Position numbers and translations under genes: made by a program. Source: Octopus bimaculoides (taxonomy: Eukaryota). From it: DNA of 64,000 nucleotides. The DNA is taken from the NCBI RefSeq assembly GCF_001194135.2, contig NC_068995.1, positions 55,489,188 through 55,553,187 on the forward strand. The letters run 5' to 3'. Each line of letters starts with the position of its first letter. Position 1 is the stretch's first letter. The notes beneath the pieces are model-generated. The model worked only from the letters and a program-made list of their open reading frames with translations. It had not been told where the DNA came from and searched no databases. Positions 1 through 12,864 of this stretch are shown one piece after another.

Positions 1-240
1 TCCTCAAGAAATATACACCCCTGATCTCTTGCCCTACGAACCCAGAGGTACATATACAAACACGAATACACAAATATATACATTTGTATGTTTGTATAAA
101 CACTTGTGGAGATGGACCTCTGTTTCTCGACAAAGAGCATTCAATCGCTCGAACAGAATTACCTGCTCCTGAATTCACATGTCAATGCTTCAGCATTTCA
201 CAGACAAGTGTATCTTTAGAGGTAGAATCAACGTGATATA

Positions 241-298
241 CTGGTAGACGGAAACTGAAAGAAGCCCGTCATATATGTGCGTGTGTGTGTGTGTATGT

Positions 299-347
<49 letters not shown>

Positions 348-549
348 GAAGAAAGAGAGAGAGAGAGACTTGGTATTTGTTTTTGTCACCCACCACCGCT
401 TGGATTCCTAATCTCTCGTAACCTAGCGGCTCGGCGAAAAGATAGCGATAGAATGAATACCAGACTTTTAAAGATGTCTGTTTACTCCGTTAAACTTTTT
501 TGAATCGGTGTCCCAGTATGACAGCAATCTAAGGAATGAAACAAGTAAA
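241..549 (+). mobile_element. SINE family A, 5'-truncated, with (GA)n expansion
   Basis: ggtagacggaaactgaaagaagcccgtc at 243-270; gtaacctagcggctcggcgaaaaga; tail gaaacaagtaaa. Confidence 0.8.
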
Positions 550-1335
550 CGTCACATTGTACCCGTAGCTACGTACGTATGTATGTATGTATGCATGTAT
601 GCATGCATGTATATATGTATGTATGTATTATGTATGTATGTGTGTATGTATGCATGCATGTGTGTAGGTATACATGCATGAATGCTTGCATGTATTGGGA
701 ACTTTATATTCTTCAGATAACTACCACATCAGATTCACTGTGAATTCGTGTGGATGGATGTATGCGCAGATCTTCGTAATTCTATATTAACAATAGAAAA
801 ATGTTCAGAATTTCTGTATGTTGGTGCTTATTTGTATTTTAATATACTTTTTCTTAATCTCTTGTATCGCTTCCTTTATTCTCATATTTATTTGTTTATT
901 CACTTATTCACTTTCACATTCAATTTATTTATTCTATCTCTTCTTATTCATATTAATATTCCAACTGTACCTTCTGGTGAAGTACGAACACATGTAACTT
1001 AATGAACTAATCGTCACAAGACAATGAACAAAAGAACGGTGTTACTACGTGCTTCTAACTTCGGGATTGTAAATTTGTTTTCATGCGATCGCAACGAAAT
1101 TCTTTTCTCGTTCATTCTACACACATTCAGACTTAAAATTACGTTATTCTCATCATTAGTTACATATATAATCACTCACAAAATCCATATAAGAACACTT
1201 ACACAGACTTCTACCTACAGGGACACATACACGTACGCACAAATGGACACATTCACATAGACACAAACACTCTAATACAGTTATATGGCGTAAATTTGTG
1301 TGTATGTGCATGTGTGCGTGTATGTGCATGTGTGT

Positions 1336-1401
<66 letters not shown>

Positions 1402-2133
1402 NNNNNNNNNNNNNNNNNNNNNNNNNNNNNNNNNNNNNNNNNNNNNNNNNNNNNNNNNNNNNNNNNNNNNNNNNNNNNNNNNNNNNNNNNNNNNNNNNNN
1501 NNNNNNNNNNNNNNNNNNNNNNNNNNNNNNNNNNNNNNNNNNNNNNNNNNNNNNNNNNNNNNNNNNNNNNNNNNNNNNNNNNNNNNNNNNNNNNNNNNNN
1601 NNNNNNNNNNNNNNNNNNNNNNNNNNNNNNNNNNNNNNNNNNNNNNNNNNNNNNNNNNNNNNNNNNNNNNNNNNNNNNNNNNNNNNNNNNNNNNNNNNNN
1701 NNNNNNNNNNNNNNNNNNNNNNNNNNNNNNNNNNNNNNNNNNNNNNNNNNNNNNNNNNNNNNNNNNNNNNNNNNNNNNNNNNNNNNNNNNNNNNNNNNNN
1801 NNNNNNNNNNNNNNNNNNNNNNNNNNNNNNNNNNNNNNNNNNNNNNNNNNNNNNNNNNNNNNNNNNNNNNNNNNNNNNNNNNNNNNNNNNNNNNNNNNNN
1901 NNNNNNNNNNNNNNNNNNNNNNNNNNNNNNNNNNNNNNNNNNNNNNNNNNNNNNNNNNNNNNNNNNNNNNNNNNNNNNNNNNNNNNNNNNNNNNNNNNNN
2001 NNNNNNNNNNNNNNNNNNNNNNNNNNNNNNNNNNNNNNNNNNNNNNNNNNNNNNNNNNNNNNNNNNNNNNNNNNNNNNNNNNNNNNNNNNNNNNNNNNNN
2101 NNNNNNNNNNNNNNNNNNNNNNNNNNNNNNNNN

Positions 2134-2168
<35 letters not shown>

Positions 2169-2174
2169 TATATT

Positions 2175-2275
2175 GCGTGTCTCTCTCAACAGGCACTGTT
2201 TGGGCCTGATCTATAGTAGATGGTACCTGTTGAAGGTGCCGTGCAGTGGAAGTGAACCCGAAATGCAGTGATTGT
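2175..2275 (-). mobile_element. SINE family A, degenerate 5' half
   Basis: ctatagtaga..aaggtgccgtgcagtggaagtgaacccgaaa matches the reverse complement of the family A head. Confidence 0.6.
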
Positions 2276-2939
2276 ATACTGAGTTTCTTATTCACACAGC
2301 TAGATAGATATCTGTGTATTTGTGTGTATGTATAAAAGCCATTTTTTGGTTTACCAGCCTCTATTATCTGTGAGACGATAATCTATGACTACAAGCTGTT
2401 ACATCATTGACATATAGCCTAACAAACAAATTTAATTACATGTAATCATAATTTCACATTGATTCCTCTGGTATGGGATGGATGGACCTAAAATTAGTAT
2501 ATATCATTAGATCTATACACAACTAGCTATATAGGCTGCGTAATGGACAGAAGTAGGTTTGTTTTCACTGTTGTTTGTTCCCGATCAGTACTGGTCGATC
2601 GCACGTATGATTAAAGATGTTCTACTCTTGACCTATCGGATTTTGTATTCTTCACAGACCTATTATAATTAGCATTACATTATTTAATATGTCCTTTTCC
2701 CCAAGACAGTACAATGTAGTTTCTGAGAGATTATAGCTCTCATTTCTAATAGGCCAAGAATCGACACAGACGCTACTTAATTTGATAAACAAACAGACCT
2801 GTTGTTGGTATTGTTGTTATTGAATTCCACGAAGCTTTCACTGACCACATGGATGAATAACGTCGTTCTAGTTTTGACCATCCCAACGCATTTTCCCCAA
2901 ATAATAATTATCTGTTATTATCTTTTATGTTATATGCGT

Positions 2940-3125
2940 TTCAGTCCCTGGACTTCGGCCACGCTTGAGCACCGCCTTGAAGCATTTTGACCAACAAATC
3001 GGCCACAGTATTTATTTTGTATTCAAGTGTGGTATTTATACTATCGATTGTTTTTGCCGAACCGCTAGGTTACGAAGACGTAAACAAACCATCGGTTATC
3101 AGGACAAGTACACAGACACAGACAC
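2940..3125 (-). mobile_element. SINE family A, 3' body
   Basis: ttcagtc..gagcaccgcc..tttttgccgaaccgctaggttacgaagacgtaaaca matches the reverse complement of 10500-10650. Confidence 0.75.
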
Positions 3126-3137
3126 AGACACACACCT

Positions 3138-3182
<45 letters not shown>

Positions 3183-3511
3183 ATGGTTGCAGCATAGTTC
3201 TGTCTCAACTTTTGAAAATCAGAGAAATATATGAAACTGGATACGTATTTAGAAAGAATTCCATTGCCTTATCAACCATATTCGCTGGAAATTGTCCCAT
3301 CTGTCAAGGTGCCGNNNNNNNNNNNNNNNNNNNNNNNNNNNNNNNNNNNNNNNNNNNNNNNNNNNNNNNNNNNNNNNNNNNNNNNNNNNNNNNNNNNNNN
3401 NNNNNNNNNNNNNNNNNNNNNNNNNNNNNNNNNNNNNNNNNNNNNNNNNNNNNNNNNNNNNNNNNNNNNNNNNNNNNNNNNNNNNNNNNNNNNNNNNNNN
3501 NNNNNNNNNNN

Positions 3512-3529
3512 TCCTCCTCCTCCTCCTCC

Positions 3530-3573
<44 letters not shown>

Positions 3574-3631
3574 TTCTTCTTCTTTTCCTCACTTTTCTCT
3601 TCTAATTCTTGGTTGTCTTGTTTTACTACTA

Positions 3632-3667
<36 letters not shown>

Positions 3668-3772
3668 ATAATAATAATAATAATAATAATAATACAACTA
3701 CTACTACTACTACTAATGCTAGTACTATATCTCTGCTCATCCTACTATTAGTATTGGTACTACTGCTGCCGT

Positions 3773-3811
<39 letters not shown>

Positions 3812-3812
3812 C
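3512..3812. repeat. Compound trinucleotide array (TCC/CAT/CTT/TAC/AAT)
   Basis: Read directly. Similar mosaics occur at 6380-6517, 7620-7795, 31696-31808, 40435-40690, 46168-46585, 54415-54520, 55720-55850 and 61200-61320. Confidence 0.95.
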
Positions 3813-4885
3813 ACTCGGTTTTGTCGTTTTGTCTGTCGTCGTTCTTTATATTATTGATAATCGATTAAAACCAGTTCACATCACATACGCCGCTAATGTC
3901 CTCAACACGCATAAACCTTACACAACCACGTTTCTTCACTCCATTATAAATATATGGCTGTTGTGTTTAAGAAAGAAATCAATGTAAGAGTTTGATGATG
4001 TGCAATTACATTTATCTTACGTTATGAGAGCTCGGTTTCTTGTGTGTCTATATCGATCACTGAATTAACATGGTTAATATAGATTCTTCGTCTCTTAGAA
4101 AATTGTAGTGTTTTCTGTGAGGAGGAAAAAAATCAAACAAAAATAGAAAAGTAATGCTATTTACTTCAGTCTTTAGAACAGTAGTTCAGTTGTAACTTTA
4201 CGAAACCCTGGTCCGAGATAACTCTACGAGCTTGAGTCATTCTATTTACGTTGGTGTTATTTCTAACCACATAAATGTTGGACATAGGACAAGTGTTTTA
4301 GAACTGTTAATGAATCAATGTATTGAATATTTCTAGAATCGACTATACCTGCTTTTTCCCGCAATCTAAGTCCCAAGCTACAGAGAAACGTGTGCACATA
4401 AGTGCTAAAAACTAGTGAACTGGCTTGCAATATTCTTCCGTTTCACGATGTTGTGGAAATACTCTATCTTTGTCATAATTGCATCTGTACTAGCGACCAA
4501 AATTCTCAAACTAATTATTGTTTAATTAAAATTTTGATGTTACGATCAAGCTCCTTGTGATTCTATAAATTTTGGTACTGAACACAGAATTTTTTAAAAA
4601 GCTTGGATGTACTGTATTAGCAGTGTAAATTAAGTTTTATTACTCAAATCAAGAATCGAAACCAGCTGAATGTTTTACCTCAGGAGAAGCTAATGTTGTT
4701 GTTTAGTTCTAGATTATCTGCGATTCAGTAAAACTTGAGGTTACAAGCATTCCAGCCATGACCATCCAGGCGTGTTTTCAAAACAGAATTTTTTTGTTTT
4801 TGAAACCTAGGACCCATGAGACCGATTACGCCAGTTTCTCTGACCGAGATCACGACGTTCTCCCTGAACCACAGTCTCATTACAG

Positions 4886-5038
4886 GGTTCATGGCAAGCA
4901 AGTTTGAGTGGAGGGGACACATCGATTGCATCGGCAACTGCAGTTGGCTGGTACTTTATTTCACCGTCATCGGATGAAAGGCAAAGTTGGCCACAGCAGG
5001 AGTTAAAATCAGATCGTAAAGTGCCAGAGGAAATGCCA
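4886..5038 (-). mobile_element. SINE family B, degenerate
   Basis: Reverse complement contains caactttgcctttcatcc..aaataaagtaccagc..gatgcaatcga..cccctccactcaaacttgc. Confidence 0.7.
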
Positions 5039-5654
5039 CTTCCGACGTGTAAGCCATTCCTGAAGGGTGCCCCCATTATTTACATTATCTCAGCCTTTTA
5101 AAACATTATAGTGTGATTTATGAGAAGTTTCTATGATGTTTCTAATAGGTCACTTGATCACCTAAGGATATCCAAATACGACGCTCGCTAATATCTTGCA
5201 AGCTATTTTCTAGCGTTTCTTTAAAATACTAATAATGGAATAAATAATTACTTCTTGTTATATTACTAATTCTTAAGCCGGTGATAATCACTTCACATTT
5301 AATGGTCGATCAATTCAGAATTTACGTAATATTTCTTTCATCCTAGATTTTAGGATAAACAATAATCGTTCTTTTCTTATACAAGCAATTTTCAGTTGGC
5401 TATTATCTCTTCAACCAATATGATCAGTTGTTTTAGAAAGAAAAAGTCCTGGCACCGTTATTAATTTTTCTGCAGCAAATCTGATTTAATCGCGTCTGCA
5501 ATCATTTCCTGTCCTGAAACCAATTATTTTCGTTTTTTTTCTCTTTCAAATAAAGGTGGTGGAATTTTAACACCTGGTGATTCATAGAAGCACCGTCCTG
5601 GCTTATGATGTGCTTCGAGCATTCTGTTCCAGGTCTGATGTTTTACACCTCACG

Positions 5655-5840
5655 TGTTTCAGTCATTGAACCGTGGTCATACTGAAGCACCGCCACAAAG
5701 GGACTTAATCAGAAACCCCCCCCCCACTAGTATTTTTATATTCTTAGTCGGTTAATTATTTTATCGTCTCTTTTGCTGAGTCACTACACTACAGGGTCGT
5801 AAACAAACAACACTAGTTGTCAAACGGTACAAACACAGAC
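5655..5840 (-). mobile_element. SINE family A, degenerate 3' body
   Basis: tgtttcagtcattg..gaagcaccgcc..atcgtctcttttgctgag..gtaaacaaacaacactagttgtcaa. Confidence 0.65.
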
Positions 5841-5945
5841 AGAAACACATACATGCATGCATATAATATTGTATACAAGATTGATCGCTAGCCACTAAAC
5901 CATTTTAAAATTTTCTCTCTCTGCTTATTTCTGTGTTCGTTTCTG

Positions 5946-6070
5946 TTGAAGAGCGTAGGCTCGAAACGTAAAAGACATTCTCACTTCCAGAGCGTTAAAC
6001 AAATAGATCTGTTTGTTGTTTACACACCTGTCTTCGTCATTTTTTTTTTGTTGTAAATTCCAACTACATA
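5946..6070 (+). repeat. Unclassified interspersed repeat, copy 1
   Basis: About 120 bp closely similar to 32470-32596 (ttga.gagcgtag.ctcgaaa.gt.aaagac..tttgttgtttaca.cacctgtcttcgtc). Confidence 0.75.
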
Positions 6071-6470
6071 ATATTAATACTAATTAACAGGAGATGGATT
6101 CGGTATTAAATCTTTATTGGGTTCAACATATGTGTCAACTCATCACTCAGGCGCATCGAAAAAGATCTGCCTCACTACAGATATTTAGTCTTGGCTGACT
6201 TGTTGTTATGTGTCCCTAACTTGAAGGACGTTTAGTCAGCCGACTAAAAATCTGTAGTGCGACACATCTTTATCGATGTAACTGATGAGACTGATGGGTC
6301 GAAACATGAAGCGGGCGTGGCAGTGTTGGCGTTCATGGTGATCATGACGACGACTGATAACGAAGGGGCGGAGCATGAGGGTGGTGGTGACGGTGGTGAT
6401 GGTGGTGGTGGTGGTGGTGGTGGTGCAGCTGCTGCTGCTGCTGTTGATGATGATGATGATGATGATGATG

Positions 6471-6506
<36 letters not shown>

Positions 6507-9500
6507 TTCATCATCATAAACGACTCGGAGTTATTTTACATAAATTTATAAGTATCCCAGATGTAAGTGTCAAAACGACCACAATGTTGTTGGCCTTTTA
6601 CTGTCTTTGCTCTTTTTTTTTTGTTTCCTTTTTACTTTTGGCTCAGCAAAAATAGGAACAAAATCCTTCTAAGTGTATGTTGGACTATCTCATCAAAATG
6701 TGTAGTTGCAATCTTTAAGATTGTAGAGTGTTTCGAAGGAAACAGTTTTTGTTACCTAAGTTTTTGTTTTTGTTTTTGTGTTTTTTTAGACCAGCCATAA
6801 GCATGAAGATGTCAGCGTATTGACTCACGTTGCTGATTTACAGTGAACAGAACATATCTTCCAAACCGATATTGCGTTATCTTTGCAATGGTGAAAGCCA
6901 TGCTCATGCCTCTGTATGAAGAAGAAACTTGTGGCCGCCCATTACGAGGAAATAGTTTTTTTTCTGATTATTCATCGTTACTATACTGTAAAAAAATCTT
7001 CAACGTGCACAAAATGATGCATGTGTACATTAACGTAAGTTAAACTATATTATGTACCGAGAAAATATTTGTTGAGCCTAAATTTATGTGAAATTGTAAA
7101 GGTGGAGATGCTATTTCAAGACCTGGCAGAGATATACATAACAATCACGTGTAAAACTTAAGTTCATGCTATGCTTCACTTGAAGAACTCTCTCTATGGT
7201 AATGAGATGAATATTTGTCCGCGCATTTCCAAATAAATGTATAATTTATACATCATCTCTCTCCATTTTAGACTGGCTAATCCGGTTTTATTACGGAAAT
7301 GACACAAGTACGTGATACTGAGTATCCGCAACAACAGCGAAATATGTATTTGTCACACACGCAGTCATTTCTGGGTTGATTTCATTTCGCTTAACTCTGA
7401 AGAATAGTGTGTCTTTTTTTTCGTTTTTCTTCCAAAACACTGTTTATAAAGGCATCTTTCCCAGACGAAAACCTCAGCCATTGGCTCTTCAACTACACAC
7501 AACGAGTAAGAGATATTTATATTTAGTTTCGTAATTATTCAGTCTTCGGTTGAGTGAGGTAAACACCATCTGCAACTATGTACCAATCACTCTTCACTGC
7601 ATTAACCACGAGGACATATAGTTGTTGTTGTTATCGTTGCTGTTGTTGTTCTTGTTCTTCTTCTTGCCGTTGTTGTTCTTGCTGTTGTTGTTCTTGTTGC
7701 TGCTGGTATTGTTATTGTTGTTGTTGTTGTAGTTGCGTTGTTGTTGTTGACATCGTCGTTGTTGTTGTCGTTGCTGTTGTTGTTCTTGTTCTTCTTTAAT
7801 CCTAGATCGCCTTCATTAAAATGGTCTTTGATTAAGTATGTTCCATAGTGATCTACAAGGTATTTCTATTAGATATCACGCATCTAGAATTCCATTATCC
7901 AAAGCAGCATCTTGTCAGAACAAGAGGCTGTATCTGAGAGAAATTTGACTGTTATTTCTAGCAAAGAAGTAACATGACTACCTAAAAGCTTTCTCGTTCA
8001 TTCGTTGACGTTTAGTGCATCTAAAGAGTGACTAACGAAGTATGTCTGCTATAGTGAGTGGCAGTTCACACCTTGTGGAAATGAACAGCTGACACTTCGT
8101 TAAGATAGTTAATTAGCTATATATTCAATTATCTTGAGAATTGCTTATATGAATTGGCAATTTGCAGACAAACAGAAAAAAAATCTTTTGCAGAACTGAT
8201 GCAAATCTATATACAAACCAGCCTTGTAATTAGAGCCGGAATGCTTGCGAAATCGGACGCGGGATGCCGAGAATGTGTGTAAGATGGCGAGGAGAGTATA
8301 TGTGTGACTCTGTGTGTGNNNNNNNNNNNNNNNNNNNNNNNNNNNNNNNNNNNNNNNNNNNNNNNNNNNNNNNNNNNNNNNNNNNNNNNNNNNNNNNNNN
8401 NNNNNNNNNNNNNNNNNNNNNNNNNNNNNNNNNNNNNNNNNNNNNNNNNNNNNNNNNNNNNNNNNNNNNNNNNNNNNNNNNNNNNNNNNNNNNNNNNNNN
8501 NNNNNNNNNNNNNNNNNNNNNNNNNNNNNNNNNNNNNNNNNNNNNNNNNNNNNNNNNNNNNNNNNNNNNNNNNNNNNNNNNNNNNNNNNNNNNNNNNNNN
8601 NNNNNNNNNNNNNNNNNNNNNNNNNNNNNNNNNNNNNNNNNNNNNNNNNNNNNNNNNNNNNNNNNNNNNNNNNNTCTCTCTCTCTCTCTGTTTCGGTGCT
8701 GAAATTTATTGATGTGTATCTTGCAAAAAAATATAATGGAAGACAGAATGAGACAGACATTAGATTAAATGAGCCAGAAGTGCCAACATAAACAAGATAT
8801 ACAGGTGTGTGTGTCTGTGTGTGTGTCTGTGTCTGTGTGTGTGTCTGTGTTAGTGAGTGCGTGTGTGTGTGCGCGCGCCCGCTCTAAATTTGCTCTTAAG
8901 GACTCTGTATCAATACACACATTTACGAGAGACGTTTATCACTAAGCTTTTTCTACTTCGCTGCAAGACTAAGAAGCTGCTCTGTAAAGTGATGGCTACT
9001 TCCCTGAGAACTGTATTTCAAACATATTTTTAAACACACATAATCTTAAATCATTACACAAAACACTTCTACCCGTATGGTTGAGAATTTTCAATCGCAA
9101 TGTATTTTTCTCTCATTCTTCTGAATGTAACACTGCTGAAACTGAAGACATATTCTCAAGTATGGCAGTGATGTTTCCTACAAATATACACACGCTTTCA
9201 TATTCATACATCAGACTATCGCTGCATATATGCCAGTGACAGTCTAAGACGATGGAGTTAGTAGGATGTTTATTGATTTTGTGGCCCCTACCTACGCTGC
9301 CGCCGGCATCGTAATGTGTCCGTAGGGGACATAGTTAACTCCCAATTGTCTAATACACGTATCGGTAAATAGATGATGGAGGAAAATATTTCTCACTGCT
9401 ATATACAGTAGCGTGCACTTGTCTCACATTGTTTTAATAACAACGATATTAATATGCGGTGACCGTTCGTTGTTGTCAAATACAGAAAGTAATTTTGATA

Positions 9501-9980
9501 CTGCCTGTACTCCTTCGGTTTCTTCTGTTAAGCATCATTACCATATCTACTATACTTTGTATGCCAGATGACTTTCCTGTATCATTTACGAGATGAACAC
9601 CTCGTTACAGACGGACACACACATCTTTTATTCCCCCTCTCATTTTTCTTCCTCTTTCTCGCTCCCCCTCTCTCACATTTCTTGGCCTTCTTTTTCTTTA
9701 ACTCCCACTATTTCCCACTTGTTTATCTCCTCTGTACCTTTCTCTTTGTCTCTGATTTATATCTAATCCTTCAATCCCGTTGCCCCCTACCCATCTCTCC
9801 TCCTTCCACATGAAGTATATCCAGCCACCCATGACCTTTCTTTCTTGGCCTGACAGCCGACCGCCAACAACTCATATGTCCATCTCTTCTGTTCCTGCCT
9901 ATAGGCTTTCACTTTTCGATTCGTTCAGTCGAAAGACGCCTGTTGTTATTTCTTGTTGTTATATATATATATATATATAT

Positions 9981-10665
9981 AGGCGTAGGAGTGGCTGTGT
10001 GGTAAGTAGCTAGCTNNNNNNNNNNNNNNNNNNNNNNNNNNNNNNNNNNNNNNNNNNNNNNNNNNNNNNNNNNNNNNNNNNNNNNNNNNNNNNNNNNNNN
10101 NNNNNNNNNNNNNNNNNNNNNNNNNNNNNNNNNNNNNNNNNNNNNNNNNNNNNNNNNNNNNNNNNNNNNNNNNNNNNNNNNNNNNNNNNNNNNNNNNNNN
10201 NNNNNNNNNNNNNNNNNNNNNNNNNNNNNNNNNNNNNNNNNNNNNNNNNNNNNNNNNNNNNNNNNNNNNNNNNNNNNNNNNNNNNNNNNNNNNNNNNNNN
10301 NNNNNNNNNNNNNNNNNNNNNNNNNNNNNNNTGGGCAAGTGTTTTCTACTATAGCCTCGGGCCGACCAAAGCCTTGTGAGTGGATTTGGTAGACGGAAAC
10401 TGAAAGAAGCCCGTCGTATATATGTATATATATATGTATGTGTGTGTGTATGTTTGTATGTGTGTGTTTGTCCCCCCAACATCGCTTGACAACCGATGCT
10501 GGTGTGTTTATGTCCCCGTAACATAGCGGTTCGGCAAAAGAGATCGATAGAATAAGTACTAGGCTTCTAAAGAATAAGTCCTGGGGTCGATTTGCTCGAC
10601 TAAAAGGCGGTGCTCCAGCATGGCCACAGTCAAAAGACTGAAACAAGTAAAAGAGTAAAAGAGTA
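9981..10665 (+). mobile_element. SINE family A, near full length (tRNA-like head, internal microsatellite, 3' body), interrupted by an N gap
   Basis: Head ggcgtaggagtggctgtgtggtaagtag; body gggcaagtgttttctactatagcctcgggccgaccaaagccttgtgagtggatttggtagacggaaactgaaagaagcccgtcg; tail ending gactgaaacaagtaaaagagtaaaagag. The same blocks recur many times in the window. Confidence 0.9.
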
Positions 10666-10690
10666 TATATATATATATATATACATATAT

Positions 10691-10845
10691 ACGACGGGCT
10701 TCTTTCAGTTTCCGTATACCAAATCCACTCACAAGGATTTGGTCGGCCACAGGCTATATTAGAATACATTTCTCCAAGGTGCCACGCGGTGAGAATGAAC
10801 CCGAAACCATGTGGTTGGTAAGCAAGCTGCTTACCACACAGCCAT
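10691..10845 (-). mobile_element. SINE family A, 5' half
   Basis: Reverse complement of the family A head and body, including A-box-like tggctgtgtgg and B-box-like ggttcatt. Confidence 0.9.
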
Positions 10846-10853
10846 GAATATAT

Positions 10854-10941
<88 letters not shown>

Positions 10942-11344
10942 GTACACACACACACGCACGCACATCGTAATGCGCTTGCCATTATCCCGACGTCAACAAA
11001 ATCGATGAATGTCCTTAGAATCGGTTTGGTTCAATAGATAAGGTAACAAGTAGAATTAACTACGGCGACTCCAGACACGACTGCGTTCGGCGAGATATGA
11101 AGCAAGGAGACACCAGACAATAGTCTGTTATCTTTGACCACTTAGTCTGAACGGAATCCACTGAAAGGAGAGAAAGAACTGGAAAGCAGAGAATGGTGAA
11201 TGGTTATTTTATACTTCCTTACATTTCTGTGAACTTCGGTTATATCTTGAGTACATTATCGATCGCTAATTTCGATCGAAAATATACTTTTCACTGTGTG
11301 TGTGTGTGTGTTTGTGTGTGTGTATGTGTGTGTGTGTGCGTGTG

Positions 11345-11385
<41 letters not shown>

Positions 11386-11954
11386 NNNNNNNNNNNNNNN
11401 NNNNNNNNNNNNNNNNNNNNNNNNNNNNNNNNNNNNNNNNNNNNNNNNNNNNNNNNNNNNNNNNNNNNNNNNNNNNNNNNNNNNNNNNNNNNNNNNNNNN
11501 NNNNNNNNNNNNNNNNNNNNNNNNNNNNNNNNNNNNNNNNNNNNNNNNNNNNNNNNNNNNNNNNNNNNNNNNNNNNNNNNNNNNNNNNNNNNNNNNNNNN
11601 NNNNNNNNNNNNNNNNNNNNNNNNNNNNNNNNNNNNNNNNNNNNNNNNNNNNNNNNNNNNNNNNNNNNNNNNNNNNNNNNNNNNNNNNNNNNNNNNNNNN
11701 NNNNNNNNNNNNNNNNNNNNNNNNNNNNNNNNNNNNNNNNNNNNNNNNNNNNNNNNNNNNNNNNNNNNNNNNNNNNNNNNNNNNNNNNNNNNNNNNNNNN
11801 NNNNNNNNNNNNNNNNNNNNNNNNNNNTATATATACCTGCGTTCATATAGGTCAGTTTCATAAGGGAAATAACTCTCTGACAAGTATTTATAAGTGTATA
11901 CCCTGATAGTGATTATTAAGCAATTGTATTGAGCGTTGACATGACTGATTTAAT

Positions 11955-12000
11955 TTGGCTTTCTAATGAATAGGTCTTGGGTTCGATTCCACCACAACCA
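11955..12000 (+). pseudogene. tRNA-derived relic (B-box / T-arm half), probably a SINE head
   Basis: ggctttctaatgaataggtcttgggttcgattccaccacaacca contains a canonical GGTTCGATTCC at 11980-11990. No D-arm or acceptor-stem pairing is recoverable. Confidence 0.35.
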
Positions 12001-12818
12001 TCTTTGAAAAAGGTCTGTCAGTCATGATCTTAAATTGATTCAAGTTCTAGGAGAGATTCCAGTTTGAGAGAAACTGCTTGGAAGCCTGTCATAGTGACCA
12101 TACCTGTAAGTCAAAGGTTTTACGCTGTTACATGAACTTACGGCGAGTGTCTTCATGAAATACATGAAGCATCTACGCGACTTCGGAAACTCGACCTCTT
12201 ATTTGTAAGAAGCGAGTTCAGTTTACAGACGAAACTGCAGAGATTATGGAGTCAATCTATATGACTATTATTAGGCTTCTTCTCGCAGAGCTGTGGAAAT
12301 GCTGGAGCTTTTATTTAGCTTCTGTATTCGGATTGAAATGTTATTAAGTTTCAATTGAGCTCTTCGTCTCACTGGATTACATTTAAATGCGAGGCATGAG
12401 TTAAGTTCGATTGAATTAAATATGGACCCTGAATATAAATTATTGATATTGTGTTAAATAACGTAAATGAAATTCGTATTTGTTTTGTGCTTTCTATGTG
12501 ATACTAGTAAATCTGAGGATGTCTATTCCCAGTGAATATTCTCTGCGATCTACTTTCGACACAGAATGGTAGCCATTAGGAAAATTGCAGGCAATATCTT
12601 CTGTTTTATCCCCTACAGAAATGTATATATTTGATCACGCTTTCGTGAATCACTACGAGAGGAAACAGTCAAGTGAAGATTTCTATCACATTTATTTATG
12701 AGACAGAAACGCAATAAACGATTTGTGGTGCTTATTGGGATAAACACACATACACAGAGAGAAGGGTAGAAATACAAACACACAAATACACACATAAATA
12801 CACATATGCACACACACG

Positions 12819-12864
<46 letters not shown>

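Noticed and set aside
1156-2295. Long ORFs (up to 379 aa) here and at every other N gap
   Set aside because: They consist of X from N-runs plus HT/YI/CV dipeptides from microsatellites; artefacts.
4807-5076. 89-aa protein-like minus-strand ORF (MGAPFRNGLHVGSG...)
   Set aside because: Mostly a degenerate family B SINE (caactttgcctttcatcc...aaagtaccag).
6257-6655. 132-aa ORF with poly-G/A/D/H tracts resembling a transcription-factor low-complexity region
   Set aside because: Fully explained by the GGT/GCT/GAT/CAT mosaic; no domain or splice support.
6844-7034. Plus-strand exon candidate with an open 63-codon frame and donor AC|gtaagt
   Set aside because: Overlaps an equally good minus-strand candidate, has no recognisable homology, and shows that pseudo-exons arise by chance here.
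11955-12000. Possible functional tRNA gene
   Set aside because: Only the T-arm/B-box is intact; no cloverleaf can be built.
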